NCBI GenBank assembly: GCA_040384765.1
Contig: JAZKIQ010000004.1
Coordinates: 17,916-50,396 of the forward strand
DNA length: 32,481 nt
Origin: Patescibacteria group bacterium
GTDB taxonomy: Bacteria > Patescibacteriota > Minisyncoccia > Phycocordibacterales > JBBUBG01
Direction: 5' to 3'
Shown: one piece after another, positions 18,149-25,730 of the stretch
Layout: each line of letters begins with the position of its first letter
How positions within the stretch are numbered: the stretch's first letter is position 1
The notes under the pieces: model-generated
Told to the model about the DNA's origin: nothing
What the model saw: the letters and a program-made list of their open reading frames with translations, nothing else
Databases searched by the model: none
Position numbers and translations under genes: made by a program

Positions 18149-19669
18149 AAGCGTCTTAGGTCTATACTCGATCGCTTCGAGGATGTGCGCCGTTTTGATG
18201 GTGGGTGCTCCTTCGAGATCTGCGATTGTTCGCGCAAGCTTTATGAGCCGATGATACGAGCGAGCCGAAAGCTCGAGCTTGTTTGCTGCGTGCGTAAGAA
18301 GTTCTCGCTCAGCATCTCCGAGTCGTGCATGTAAGCCGAGGTCGCGCACTCCCATATCGGAGTTTGTGCGCACCTGCTTTGCGGAGATGAAACGCGCTCG
18401 TTGTATCTCGCGTGCTTTTGCTACTCGCTTGGCGATCTCCGCTGTTGCCTCGCCGCTCTTGGCTCCCCTCCCGAGAGTCTCAGCATCGACGCGCCCCACG
18501 CTTACCCACATGTCGATTCGGTCCACAATCGGTCCGGAGAGCTTTCGCTCGTAGCGCGAAAGCTCTGCACCAGTGCAGACGCAGGCGCTCCCTTTTGTGC
18601 TTCGTTTGCCGCACGGACACGGGTTCATCGTCGCAATGAGAATACAGTTGGCTGGAAAGCGGACTGTCTGCCGAGCACGTGATACGCTGATCACCTTGTC
18701 TTCAAGGGGCTGACGGAGTGCTTCGATGACGCGCCGCTCGAACTCGGGAAACTCATCAAGAAACAATACGCCTCGATGTGCGAGGGTGATCTCCCCAGGC
18801 TTCGGCCCCGAACCACCACCTACCAAGGAGACGTATGAGGCGCTGTGGTGTGGCGTCCGTAGCGGCGCCTCGGCAATGTACTCATCTTCAAGAGTACCTG
18901 CCGCCGAGTGGATACCCGTCACCTCAAGTATCTCATCAGCTCGAAGTGGTGGAAGGATGCCGATAAAAGCTTTGGCGAGCAGCGTCTTGCCTGTCCCCGG
19001 CGGCCCGCTCATGGCGATATTGTGTCCGCCTGCTGCGGCGATCTCGAGACCGCGCTTTGCGGTGGGCTGTCCCTGAATATCTTCAAAATCTACAGATGGT
19101 GGCGAGAGACGAACGGAGGTGTTTGTCGAAGCGACGGGAGTGATCTTTTTACCCTCGGGTGAAAGGTGCGTAATCAGCTCGTGGAGATGCCGTACCGGGT
19201 AGACGCGTATCCCCTCGATGAGAGCTGCTTCGCGCGCGTTCTCCTCGGGGAGGAATAGATCGGTAAACCCTTTCTTGTGGGCTTTTTGGGCGATAAGGAG
19301 AGAGCCGTGGATGGGTCGCAGCGCACCTGAGAGCGCGAGCTCTCCAATAAACAGCTTTCCTTCCGGATCAAAGTCGAGCTCATCAAATGCAAGGAGGTGT
19401 GCAAGGGCTATGCCGAGGTCGAACACCGGACCCTCTTTCCGTATGTCGGCTGGTGCGAGCGAAACTAAGATCTTCTTGTTCCCTTTCTGGATAGACGGAA
19501 AACCGCTGTTTTTGAGAGCAGCGGTAATACGTTCTTTTGATTCGCGAACAGCATTGTCGGGCAACCCTACAATCGTATGTGATCGGAGCCCGCGCGAGAG
19601 ATCTACTTCAATGTCTATGATATCTGCGGTAAGTCCAGAAACTTGGCCTGCGTAGATATGAGAGGACAC
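18143..19669 (-). CDS. comM: YifB/ComM family Mg-chelatase-like AAA+ ATPase
   Basis: IVGLPDNAVRESKERI, GPPGTGKT, RTPHHSAS, PGEITLAHRGVLFLDEFPEF, MNPCPCG, SGPIVDRID, LARTIADL. Confidence 0.93.
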   Translation of the reverse strand: MSSHIYAGQVSGLTADIIDIEVDLSRGLRSHTIVGLPDNAVRESKERITAALKNSGFPSIQKGNKKILVSLAPADIRKEGPVFDLGIALAHLLAFDELDFDPEGKLFIGELALSGALRPIHGSLLIAQKAHKKGFTDLFLPEENAREAALIEGIRVYPVRHLHELITHLSPEGKKITPVASTNTSVRLSPPSVDFEDIQGQPTAKRGLEIAAAGGHNIAMSGPPGTGKTLLAKAFIGILPPLRADEILEVTGIHSAAGTLEDEYIAEAPLRTPHHSASYVSLVGGGSGPKPGEITLAHRGVLFLDEFPEFERRVIEALRQPLEDKVISVSRARQTVRFPANCILIATMNPCPCGKRSTKGSACVCTGAELSRYERKLSGPIVDRIDMWVSVGRVDAETLGRGAKSGEATAEIAKRVAKAREIQRARFISAKQVRTNSDMGVRDLGLHARLGDAERELLTHAANKLELSARSYHRLIKLARTIADLEGAPTIKTAHILEAIEYRPKTLS

Positions 19670-19678
19670 AGTGCGTAA

Positions 19679-20053
19679 TTAACGAGCGTGCTCTATGCAG
19701 GTGAGGGCGGCGGGGTTTGCGTGAAGGCGCTCTATAGCGATCTCGTGCAAATCTCCTCCAATAGAGCACGTACCGTAGCTTCCTTCTCCTATTCGCTTGA
19801 GTGCTTCGTTCACTTCACTCAGGCGCTTTTCAAGATTTGCCTCTACTGCTGAGCGCTCTTCGAACTGTTCAATATCAGTAGCTGCATCTTGTGGGTCGGC
19901 CTCGCGCTCAGGACCTGCGGCGCCTTCCTCTTTAATATCTGACTCGGTTGCAACCCAGTCCCCTGCCTCGTTTACTCCAAGGTGGCCTAGCTCCGCTTCG
20001 AGCTTCTTCTTTTCTGCGAGGAGTGCATTTTTCAGTTCTTCGGTATTCTGCAT
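19679..20053 (-). CDS. DksA/TraR family protein
   Basis: Coiled coil with DxxDxA tip (DPQDAA); C-terminal ALKRIGEGSYGTC...ERLHANPAALTCIEH. Confidence 0.88.
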   Translation of the reverse strand: MQNTEELKNALLAEKKKLEAELGHLGVNEAGDWVATESDIKEEGAAGPEREADPQDAATDIEQFEERSAVEANLEKRLSEVNEALKRIGEGSYGTCSIGGDLHEIAIERLHANPAALTCIEHAR

Positions 20054-20126
20054 AGTGATATGTAAATAGGTTGCTTATATGATATCAGACGGGAAGGAGA
20101 GATAAAACTATAAAAGTAATCTCCTT

Positions 20127-20250
20127 AAGGCGTTCCTCAGCGCCCAGATTCAAGGCGCTAAGGAGAGATAAAGCTGAGCTGTAGATGGACCTACTGCGAA
20201 GCTTTTCTCGACGAAGGCAACGATGAAGATGGGATGCTGAGGGATGCCTT
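20127..20250 (+). repeat. 124-bp structured dispersed repeat, family A, copy 2
   Basis: AAGGCGTTCCTCAGC...GCTGAGGGATGCCTT terminal stem; core aligns with the reverse complement of 13257-13380. Confidence 0.75.
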
Positions 20251-20252
20251 GG

Positions 20253-20937
20253 TACAAAAAGACCCCCAATCGTCGAGTGTCGTATGGGCTAATCTCTTTT
20301 GTCGGGCGTGACAGATGGCAGAGAAAAGCTCAATGGAGCTCATTTTCGAGTGGGGATCTTGTAGATCCGGCGTAGTAGAGGAATAAGAAGCTTGAAAGTT
20401 CATGGGAACTAAAGCTTCGTTGGATATCGTGGCTGACGATATCCGAAGGTTTGCCAATGGATGGCAGTGAGTTGCTTAGCGTTTTACTCGTGAGAGTGGT
20501 GTGCTAGCTATCACGGACCTTAATAATAAGTCCAATGGATGAGACACAATGATTTTGACAGGATGACCTGTCGAGTCTTGAACTCCAAGAAGAGTTCCGG
20601 GAAGAAATCTCGATGCTCGCTCGAGAACTTTTCTCGGAACTCTTCACTATCTTATTCGTATACTACGAAACGGATGTGAAGGTACTAATAGATCTGAGAG
20701 AAGTGTAGCAGGCAGGAAAAGGAGCGCAACCCCTTGCCTGTGGATAAAGGACATAAAGGTCTTTTGTGTATGTCCTTTATGCATACTGATCTGCCCTACC
20801 TTCTACTGCGTCACTGGCTGAGGAGCTTGATTGCGACATCAGGCAGCAATCAAGAGCCGGACTGAACGAAGGTGAAGGAGGCGGGGTCGCGGCCAATTTT
20901 AGAAAAAATTGAGCTGTGACTGCAGCAGACTCGAAAA
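20253..20937 (+). ncRNA. Candidate large multi-domain structured non-coding RNA, family not recognised
   Basis: No credible ORF; at least 12 helices including nested long-range ones; G-U pairs favour the + strand; one GNRA-capped stem (ACTC-GTGA-GAGT). Confidence 0.6.
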
Positions 20938-20948
20938 ATTGCTTACTA

Positions 20949-21896
20949 TCACTGTGTTACTGGCTTCGGAGTATGTAGGCGTCCCAAAACCTCATAAAAC
21001 ACAACGTCGCTTTGGGTTATGAGGAGGGTTTTTCGGTCGAGAAAGCTATAGAGCAGGATCGAGTTTCCCCCGGCATCCACTTCTCGCCTTATGTCGGTAT
21101 TGCGCAGGGTGTCGTCTTTCCAGGAGAGCGAGCCCGCGAGCTGCTCGTTTGGATTGCCCCCAAGGAGCGGAATAATCTCGTAATGAAGGCGTTCCTCCCA
21201 GGTGAGCATGCCGGCGTAGGCGCTTTCGTACGAATCGAGAGAGAGAAGGAGAAAAGGCGACTTTTCAGAGCTTGTGTATACGCCATAGAGGAAAGATCGC
21301 CCGAGTGATCGCACAAGGGGGCTTGGTGCCTGAGGCAAAAGTGCTGAAAAGAAGCTTTGTGCATCAAGGATCTGCTCGGTGCTGCCATTTTTGATGCTGA
21401 AATAGAGGTATTCGAGAGTGTTTTTCTTTCCCGATACTGCATTTCTTGCCTCCCCGATCACTTTTTCGGCATCGGCAAGGCTTTTTGTCGCGGAAAGGTC
21501 TACTTGAGTAGACTTTTCGGCAAAGATGATCGGCTCGGGTGGCGTGAGGCCTCCAGCGGTCTCTGGCGCATCGGGGTATACAATGTCATACACAAAAGCG
21601 ACGAGAAAAAGCAGGGCAAAAAGGGCCACAATGACTGCACCGACGGTTTTTAGCGAAGGGATCTGGAATCCTTGACCCAACACGCCCCCTCGGGCCGCCC
21701 CTGTGCTTCGCCGCCTCTTCTCCTCAGCGAGCGCAATATCCGTCTGGGTGATATTTTTTGTTTCTATCTCGGAGGCGATATCTGTACGAAAGGTGCGCAT
21801 CACCGACTGCTTTGGCGGAAGAATCCCCGAAGAGTTCTCTCCGGATGTGGGGATAGGGCTTGGGTTTGGCTGATTTGGGTTAGTGTCGGGGGGCAT
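20949..21896 (-). CDS. Hypothetical single-pass membrane protein
   Basis: 315-aa ORF; Pro-rich N-terminus, MRTFRTDIA motif, one TM helix, extracytoplasmic domain. Confidence 0.85.
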   Translation of the reverse strand: MPPDTNPNQPNPSPIPTSGENSSGILPPKQSVMRTFRTDIASEIETKNITQTDIALAEEKRRRSTGAARGGVLGQGFQIPSLKTVGAVIVALFALLFLVAFVYDIVYPDAPETAGGLTPPEPIIFAEKSTQVDLSATKSLADAEKVIGEARNAVSGKKNTLEYLYFSIKNGSTEQILDAQSFFSALLPQAPSPLVRSLGRSFLYGVYTSSEKSPFLLLSLDSYESAYAGMLTWEERLHYEIIPLLGGNPNEQLAGSLSWKDDTLRNTDIRREVDAGGNSILLYSFLDRKTLLITQSDVVFYEVLGRLHTPKPVTQ

Positions 21897-23595
21897 GAAA
21901 GCTGTTTTTCAAGGCCTCTCGCTTGGCGAGCGACTCTTTTGCTGACTGTTTCTGGTCTGTGCGGGCTTTTGGTAGCGCTTCTCTCATTATCCCAACTATC
22001 TCGCGAACTGCTCGCATCCCCTCGAGAAGCGCTGCATGTGCTGTCGGCAGGGTGATCCCCTTGTTTTTCACATCGAGCTGGAGGGCGGTGATCCCATCCT
22101 CGGTACCTGCGATTTTGAAGTCCATGTCACCAAAATGATCTTCTGCGCCCTCGATGTCGGTAAGGAGAGTACTTTCGGTCTCCTCGACAAGCCCGATTGC
22201 TATCCCTGCCGTATGTTTGACCGGCACTCCTCCGTCGAGGAGAGCGAGAGTCCCTGCACATACGGACGCCATCGAGGTAGAGCCGTTGGAGGCGAACACC
22301 TCAGAGACGAGCCTGAGGGTATACGGAAGGTGCTCTCGGGGCGGCAGAGCATTTCTGAGGGCCCGCTCTGCCAAGGCGCCGTGGCCTATTGCGCGACGGT
22401 TGGGCGAACCGATCCTCCCCGTCTCACCTGCGGAAAAAGGGGGAAAGTTGTAGTGGTGAATAAAATGCTTTTCAGTGGAAACCTCCATTCCATCCACGAG
22501 GAGTTTCTCATCTGCTGATCCGATGGTGAGAAACGTAGCAACGTGCGTAGCGCCTCGATAGAAGGTGCCAGAGCCGTGCACGCGCTCAGAGATCCCTCCT
22601 GCACGTGCAGTGATCGGGCGGATCTCAGCTGGCGCACGTCCGTCGAGGCGCACCCCTTTTTCTATACGGGAGCGGAGTATCTCTCGAGTTGCTTCTTCAA
22701 AAAAAAGTTCTGCAATCGGTCGTGGCGTCTCGGGAGCATTTTTCCCGACGATTGCCATCCACGCCTGCTTGGCCTCCTCAAGAAAGGGGTGTTTTGCGAA
22801 ACGGTTTTCCGAGCGGGCTCTCTCGTCGAGTTTTGCGGTGAGGGCTCCGGCAACACCTGTCTTAAACAGGTCTGGAAATGAGGCTGGAAAGACTGGCTTT
22901 TCACTGGTGCGTTTTGTGCGGCCCTCTTTTTCTCTGATCGACACAATCCAGCTCTCTACTTTTTCGCACTCCTCGATTCCCTTCTCGAGCAGAGAGTGGA
23001 GCAGCTCGGGCGAGCTTTCAGCGCCGTTGCCGTCGAGCATTACGATCTTCCCTTCTCGAGCAGCAAGCACAAACTCGGCGTGAAGCTCCTCGTTGGTGTT
23101 TGGATGTACGATGATCTTTTCCCCGCGAAGCCCGATGCGCACGGCACCAAGAGGGCCATCCCAGGGGATATCTGAGATCGAAAGCGCGATAGACGTGCCG
23201 ATAAGGGCAAGCACGCCTGGCTCATGCATTTCATCTACAGCAAGCGCTGTCGCTACTACCTGCACTTCGTCGCGTAGCCAAGAAGGGAAAAAAGGTCGAA
23301 TTGCTCGGTCGATCATCCGCGAGGTGAGGGTTGCCTCCTCTGAAGGGTGGGTTTCGCGGCGCACATATTGGCTGCCAAGCAAAACACCGCGAGCGTAGTA
23401 GCGCTCTTCGTAGTCGACCGTAAGAGGTACGAAGCCACTGTCTGGGCGGCTTCCCTTTTTCTGCACGCACGCGACGTGCACTACGGTCTCGCCTTGCTTC
23501 ATGAGCACCGAGCCGTGAGCCTGATCGGCGAGGTCGCTAATATGCGCCTCGATCTTCGCACCTCCGCCGGGAAGAGTGTAGATCCGATCAGCCAT
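21880..23595 (-). CDS. pnp: Polyribonucleotide nucleotidyltransferase (PNPase), lacking KH and S1 domains
   Basis: LADQAHGSV, PLTVDYEER, SRMIDRAIRP, RLDGR, HHYNFPPFS, RRAIGHGALAERA, SNGSTSMASVC, TDIEGAEDHFGDMDFK. Start placed at ATG 23595, just after the NYN gene stop. Confidence 0.95.
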   Translation of the reverse strand: MADRIYTLPGGGAKIEAHISDLADQAHGSVLMKQGETVVHVACVQKKGSRPDSGFVPLTVDYEERYYARGVLLGSQYVRRETHPSEEATLTSRMIDRAIRPFFPSWLRDEVQVVATALAVDEMHEPGVLALIGTSIALSISDIPWDGPLGAVRIGLRGEKIIVHPNTNEELHAEFVLAAREGKIVMLDGNGAESSPELLHSLLEKGIEECEKVESWIVSIREKEGRTKRTSEKPVFPASFPDLFKTGVAGALTAKLDERARSENRFAKHPFLEEAKQAWMAIVGKNAPETPRPIAELFFEEATREILRSRIEKGVRLDGRAPAEIRPITARAGGISERVHGSGTFYRGATHVATFLTIGSADEKLLVDGMEVSTEKHFIHHYNFPPFSAGETGRIGSPNRRAIGHGALAERALRNALPPREHLPYTLRLVSEVFASNGSTSMASVCAGTLALLDGGVPVKHTAGIAIGLVEETESTLLTDIEGAEDHFGDMDFKIAGTEDGITALQLDVKNKGITLPTAHAALLEGMRAVREIVGIMREALPKARTDQKQSAKESLAKREALKNSFHAPRH

Positions 23596-23596
23596 A

Positions 23597-24205
23597 TTAT
23601 TCGCTCGCGCTTTCTCGCGCTTCGCCTCCGCCCATCTCCTTTGGTCCCTTGTCTCGTCCCCCACGTCGGCGATGCCCTTGCCCTGAAGAGGGAAAGCGTC
23701 GGAATGTGCCTACCAAGTAGCGCTCAGGGGATTCGCCAAGATCAATAAAGTCGTCTACCACTTCGCGCAGTTTGCCCGATGTGTTCTTTCCAAATGCGAG
23801 CACCTCCACTTGCGCCTGTGCTTTTAAATATTCAACGAGCGGTACATAGTCGCCATCGCCCGAGGCAAGGATGATTACGTCGAGTTTTGGGGCGAGCTTG
23901 ATAGCGTCTACAGCGATACCCACATCCCAGTCTGCTTTCTTCGCTCCTCCGTAGAAAATCTGGAGGTCTTTGGTCTTCGTCTCGATACCGATCTTCTCGA
24001 GCGCTTCAAAAAACCCTTTCTCTTCCCCTGACTCTGTGGTGATGACGTATGCGATTGCGCGCACAAGGTGTCGCCCCGCTACGGCATCTTTGAGGAGGTT
24101 TGCGAAGTTTACCCGTGCGTTGAACAGGTTCTTCGCTCCGTGGTAGAGGTTCTGTGCGTCAATAAAAACTCCGACTCGCTGATCTGCATGCTTAACGATT
24201 GCCAT
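23597..24205 (-). CDS. NYN domain (LabA/DUF88, PIN-like) putative ribonuclease
   Basis: VFIDAQNLY, KKADWDVGIAVD, LASGDGDYVPL, DDFIDL; start placed at ATG 24205. Confidence 0.93.
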   Translation of the reverse strand: MAIVKHADQRVGVFIDAQNLYHGAKNLFNARVNFANLLKDAVAGRHLVRAIAYVITTESGEEKGFFEALEKIGIETKTKDLQIFYGGAKKADWDVGIAVDAIKLAPKLDVIILASGDGDYVPLVEYLKAQAQVEVLAFGKNTSGKLREVVDDFIDLGESPERYLVGTFRRFPSSGQGHRRRGGRDKGPKEMGGGEARESASE

Positions 24206-24289
24206 TCTATATGAAAATAAAAACAAACACTTTTAAAAAGGAAACATACGATTCTGCCTTTAGTGTAGCACCTTCTTTTGTGCACTCAA

Positions 24290-24334
24290 AAAGAGAACCG
24301 GCTGCCACCTAAAAGGTGGCAGCCGGTTCTCTTT
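24290..24334 (-). terminator. Terminator-like hairpin after rpsO
   Basis: Perfect 21-bp stem AAAGAGAACCGGCTGCCACCT-AAA-AGGTGGCAGCCGGTTCTCTTT. Confidence 0.8.
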
Positions 24335-24344
24335 ACCTCGGTAG

Positions 24345-24611
24345 TTACTTCTTGAGCTTCAGTTTCTTCAAGAGCGATTCAAGCACCTTTGGATCGTGCT
24401 TTTCCATATATTTGATATGGGAGCGGCGGTCGGCAACCATTGCCAAGAGGCCCTTGCGCGAGTGGTTGTCCTTGCGGTGAGTCTTCAAGTGCTCGGTCAG
24501 GTCCTCGATCGATTCGGTGAGGAGCGCGATCTGTACAGCCGAAGATCCGGTGTCCTTGTCATGGATCCCGTACTTCTTGACGATGTCTGCTTTTTTCGTT
24601 GTCGAAAGCAT
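24345..24611 (-). CDS. rpsO: 30S ribosomal protein S15
   Basis: HDKDTGSSAVQIALLT, LTEHLKTHRKDNHSRKGLLAMV; 88 aa from ATG 24611. Confidence 0.98.
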   Translation of the reverse strand: MLSTTKKADIVKKYGIHDKDTGSSAVQIALLTESIEDLTEHLKTHRKDNHSRKGLLAMVADRRSHIKYMEKHDPKVLESLLKKLKLKK

Positions 24612-24706
24612 ATGTTTTGTGAGTAGCACTATACCAGAAGGTCAAAAACACCGCAAGAGATCCGCTTCTTGGGTCGAAGGCGGGCGATCCGCGATATACT
24701 AAGAGC

Positions 24707-25594
24707 GTGAACGAAACGCTCAACCGCTACCTCGAATATATAGAGATCGAAAAAGGCCGGGCCGTGCGCACGGTAGAGCTGTACCACCGCTATCTGGGAG
24801 CATTTTTTGCCTTTACGAAGCCTAAAAAGCCTTCGGATATCACCGACGAGCGTGTACGAGAGTTTCGGATTCATCTCAACAGAAAAGGGCTCAATAAGAA
24901 GACGCAGAACTATCACCTGATCGCCCTGCGCTCGTTCCTCAAATGGTGCATCAAAATGCGCCTTCCCTCTCTTGCGCCCGAGCGCATAGAGCTCGCCAAA
25001 ACCCCCGAGCGCGATCTCGACCTTATCACCTTTGAAGAGCTCACCCGCCTACGAGCCGCCCCCTCGGGGAAAGACGAAAAGTCACTTCGCGACCGCGCTA
25101 TCCTTGAGCTGCTCTTTTCGACAGGGCTGCGCGTCTCAGAGCTTGCGAACCTCAACCAGGAGAGTATCGATTTTGCTCGTGACGAGTTTTCGGTGCGGGG
25201 CAAGGGCTCCAAGGTGCGCGTGGTGTTTCTCTCCACTGAGGCGAAAGATGCGGTAAAAGAGTATCTCAAAAGGCGTACCAACATGACGAGCGATGCCCTT
25301 TTTGTAAACTATGGTCCCCTTTCTGGCAAAGAGAACGATTCTCGGCTCACTCCCCGCTCGATCGAGCGGATGATTAGCGGCTATGCGATAAAGGCAGGCA
25401 TTGGCAAAAAGGTGACGCCGCACATCATTCGCCACGTGTTTGCGACCGATCTTCTCTCAAATGGGGCTGATATCCGTGCTGTGCAGCAGATGCTCGGCCA
25501 TTCGAACATCATGACGACCCAGATCTATACCCACATCACCGACAAACACCTTCGCGATGTGCACAAAAACTTTCACGGGAAGAGGAAGAAGTGA
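24707..25594 (+). CDS. XerC/XerD-like tyrosine recombinase
   Basis: RDRAILELLFSTGLRVSEL, VRGKGSKVR, TPHIIRHVFAT, QQMLGHSNIMTTQIYTH (R-K-H-R-H-Y catalytic set). Confidence 0.95.
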   Translation: MNETLNRYLEYIEIEKGRAVRTVELYHRYLGAFFAFTKPKKPSDITDERVREFRIHLNRKGLNKKTQNYHLIALRSFLKWCIKMRLPSLAPERIELAKTPERDLDLITFEELTRLRAAPSGKDEKSLRDRAILELLFSTGLRVSELANLNQESIDFARDEFSVRGKGSKVRVVFLSTEAKDAVKEYLKRRTNMTSDALFVNYGPLSGKENDSRLTPRSIERMISGYAIKAGIGKKVTPHIIRHVFATDLLSNGADIRAVQQMLGHSNIMTTQIYTHITDKHLRDVHKNFHGKRKK

Positions 25595-25597
25595 TTG

Positions 25598-25641
25598 AAA
25601 ACAGGGTTCAACCTTGTAGCTACAAGGTTGAACCCTGTTTT
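25598..25641. repeat. Perfect 44-bp palindrome
   Basis: AAAACAGGGTTCAACCTTGTAG|CTACAAGGTTGAACCCTGTTTT, 3 nt after the recombinase stop. Confidence 0.9.
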
Positions 25642-25653
25642 GTAAATCCTGAT

Positions 25654-25710
25654 AAAAAATAGAGACCCCGGCCGCGATCCTCTTTCGAGAATCTGCTTCC
25701 GGGGTCTTTT
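25654..25710 (-). terminator. Terminator-like hairpin after the 469-aa gene
   Basis: AGACCCCGG...CCGGGGTCT stem with an A-run on the + strand (U-run on -). Confidence 0.65.
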
Positions 25711-25730
25711 CGTTCAGGGCGGATGAAGGG

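Noticed and set aside
20191-20457. 88-aa minus-strand ORF in the large spacer
   Set aside because: Ser-rich, no family features or RBS, and it crosses the repeat/RNA boundary; better explained as a chance ORF.
20253-20937. tmRNA, RNase P RNA or group I/II intron identity for the structured locus
   Set aside because: No tRNA-like ends (GGGG...TTCGA...CCA), no GAGGAAAGTCC, no group I P7/J8-7 signature, no group II domain V, and no interrupted host gene. Judged by eye; an Rfam scan is still needed.
23596-23664. N-terminal extension of PNPase in the ORF track (likewise rsmA 6498-6527 and rpsO 24612-24629)
   Set aside because: The extensions overlap upstream genes or promoters; downstream ATGs give family-typical N-termini.
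24707-25594. Recombinase as a prophage or integron integrase
   Set aside because: Length and motifs fit housekeeping XerC/D; no integron-integrase insertion, no attC array, no phage genes, and no recognisable dif site in the window.
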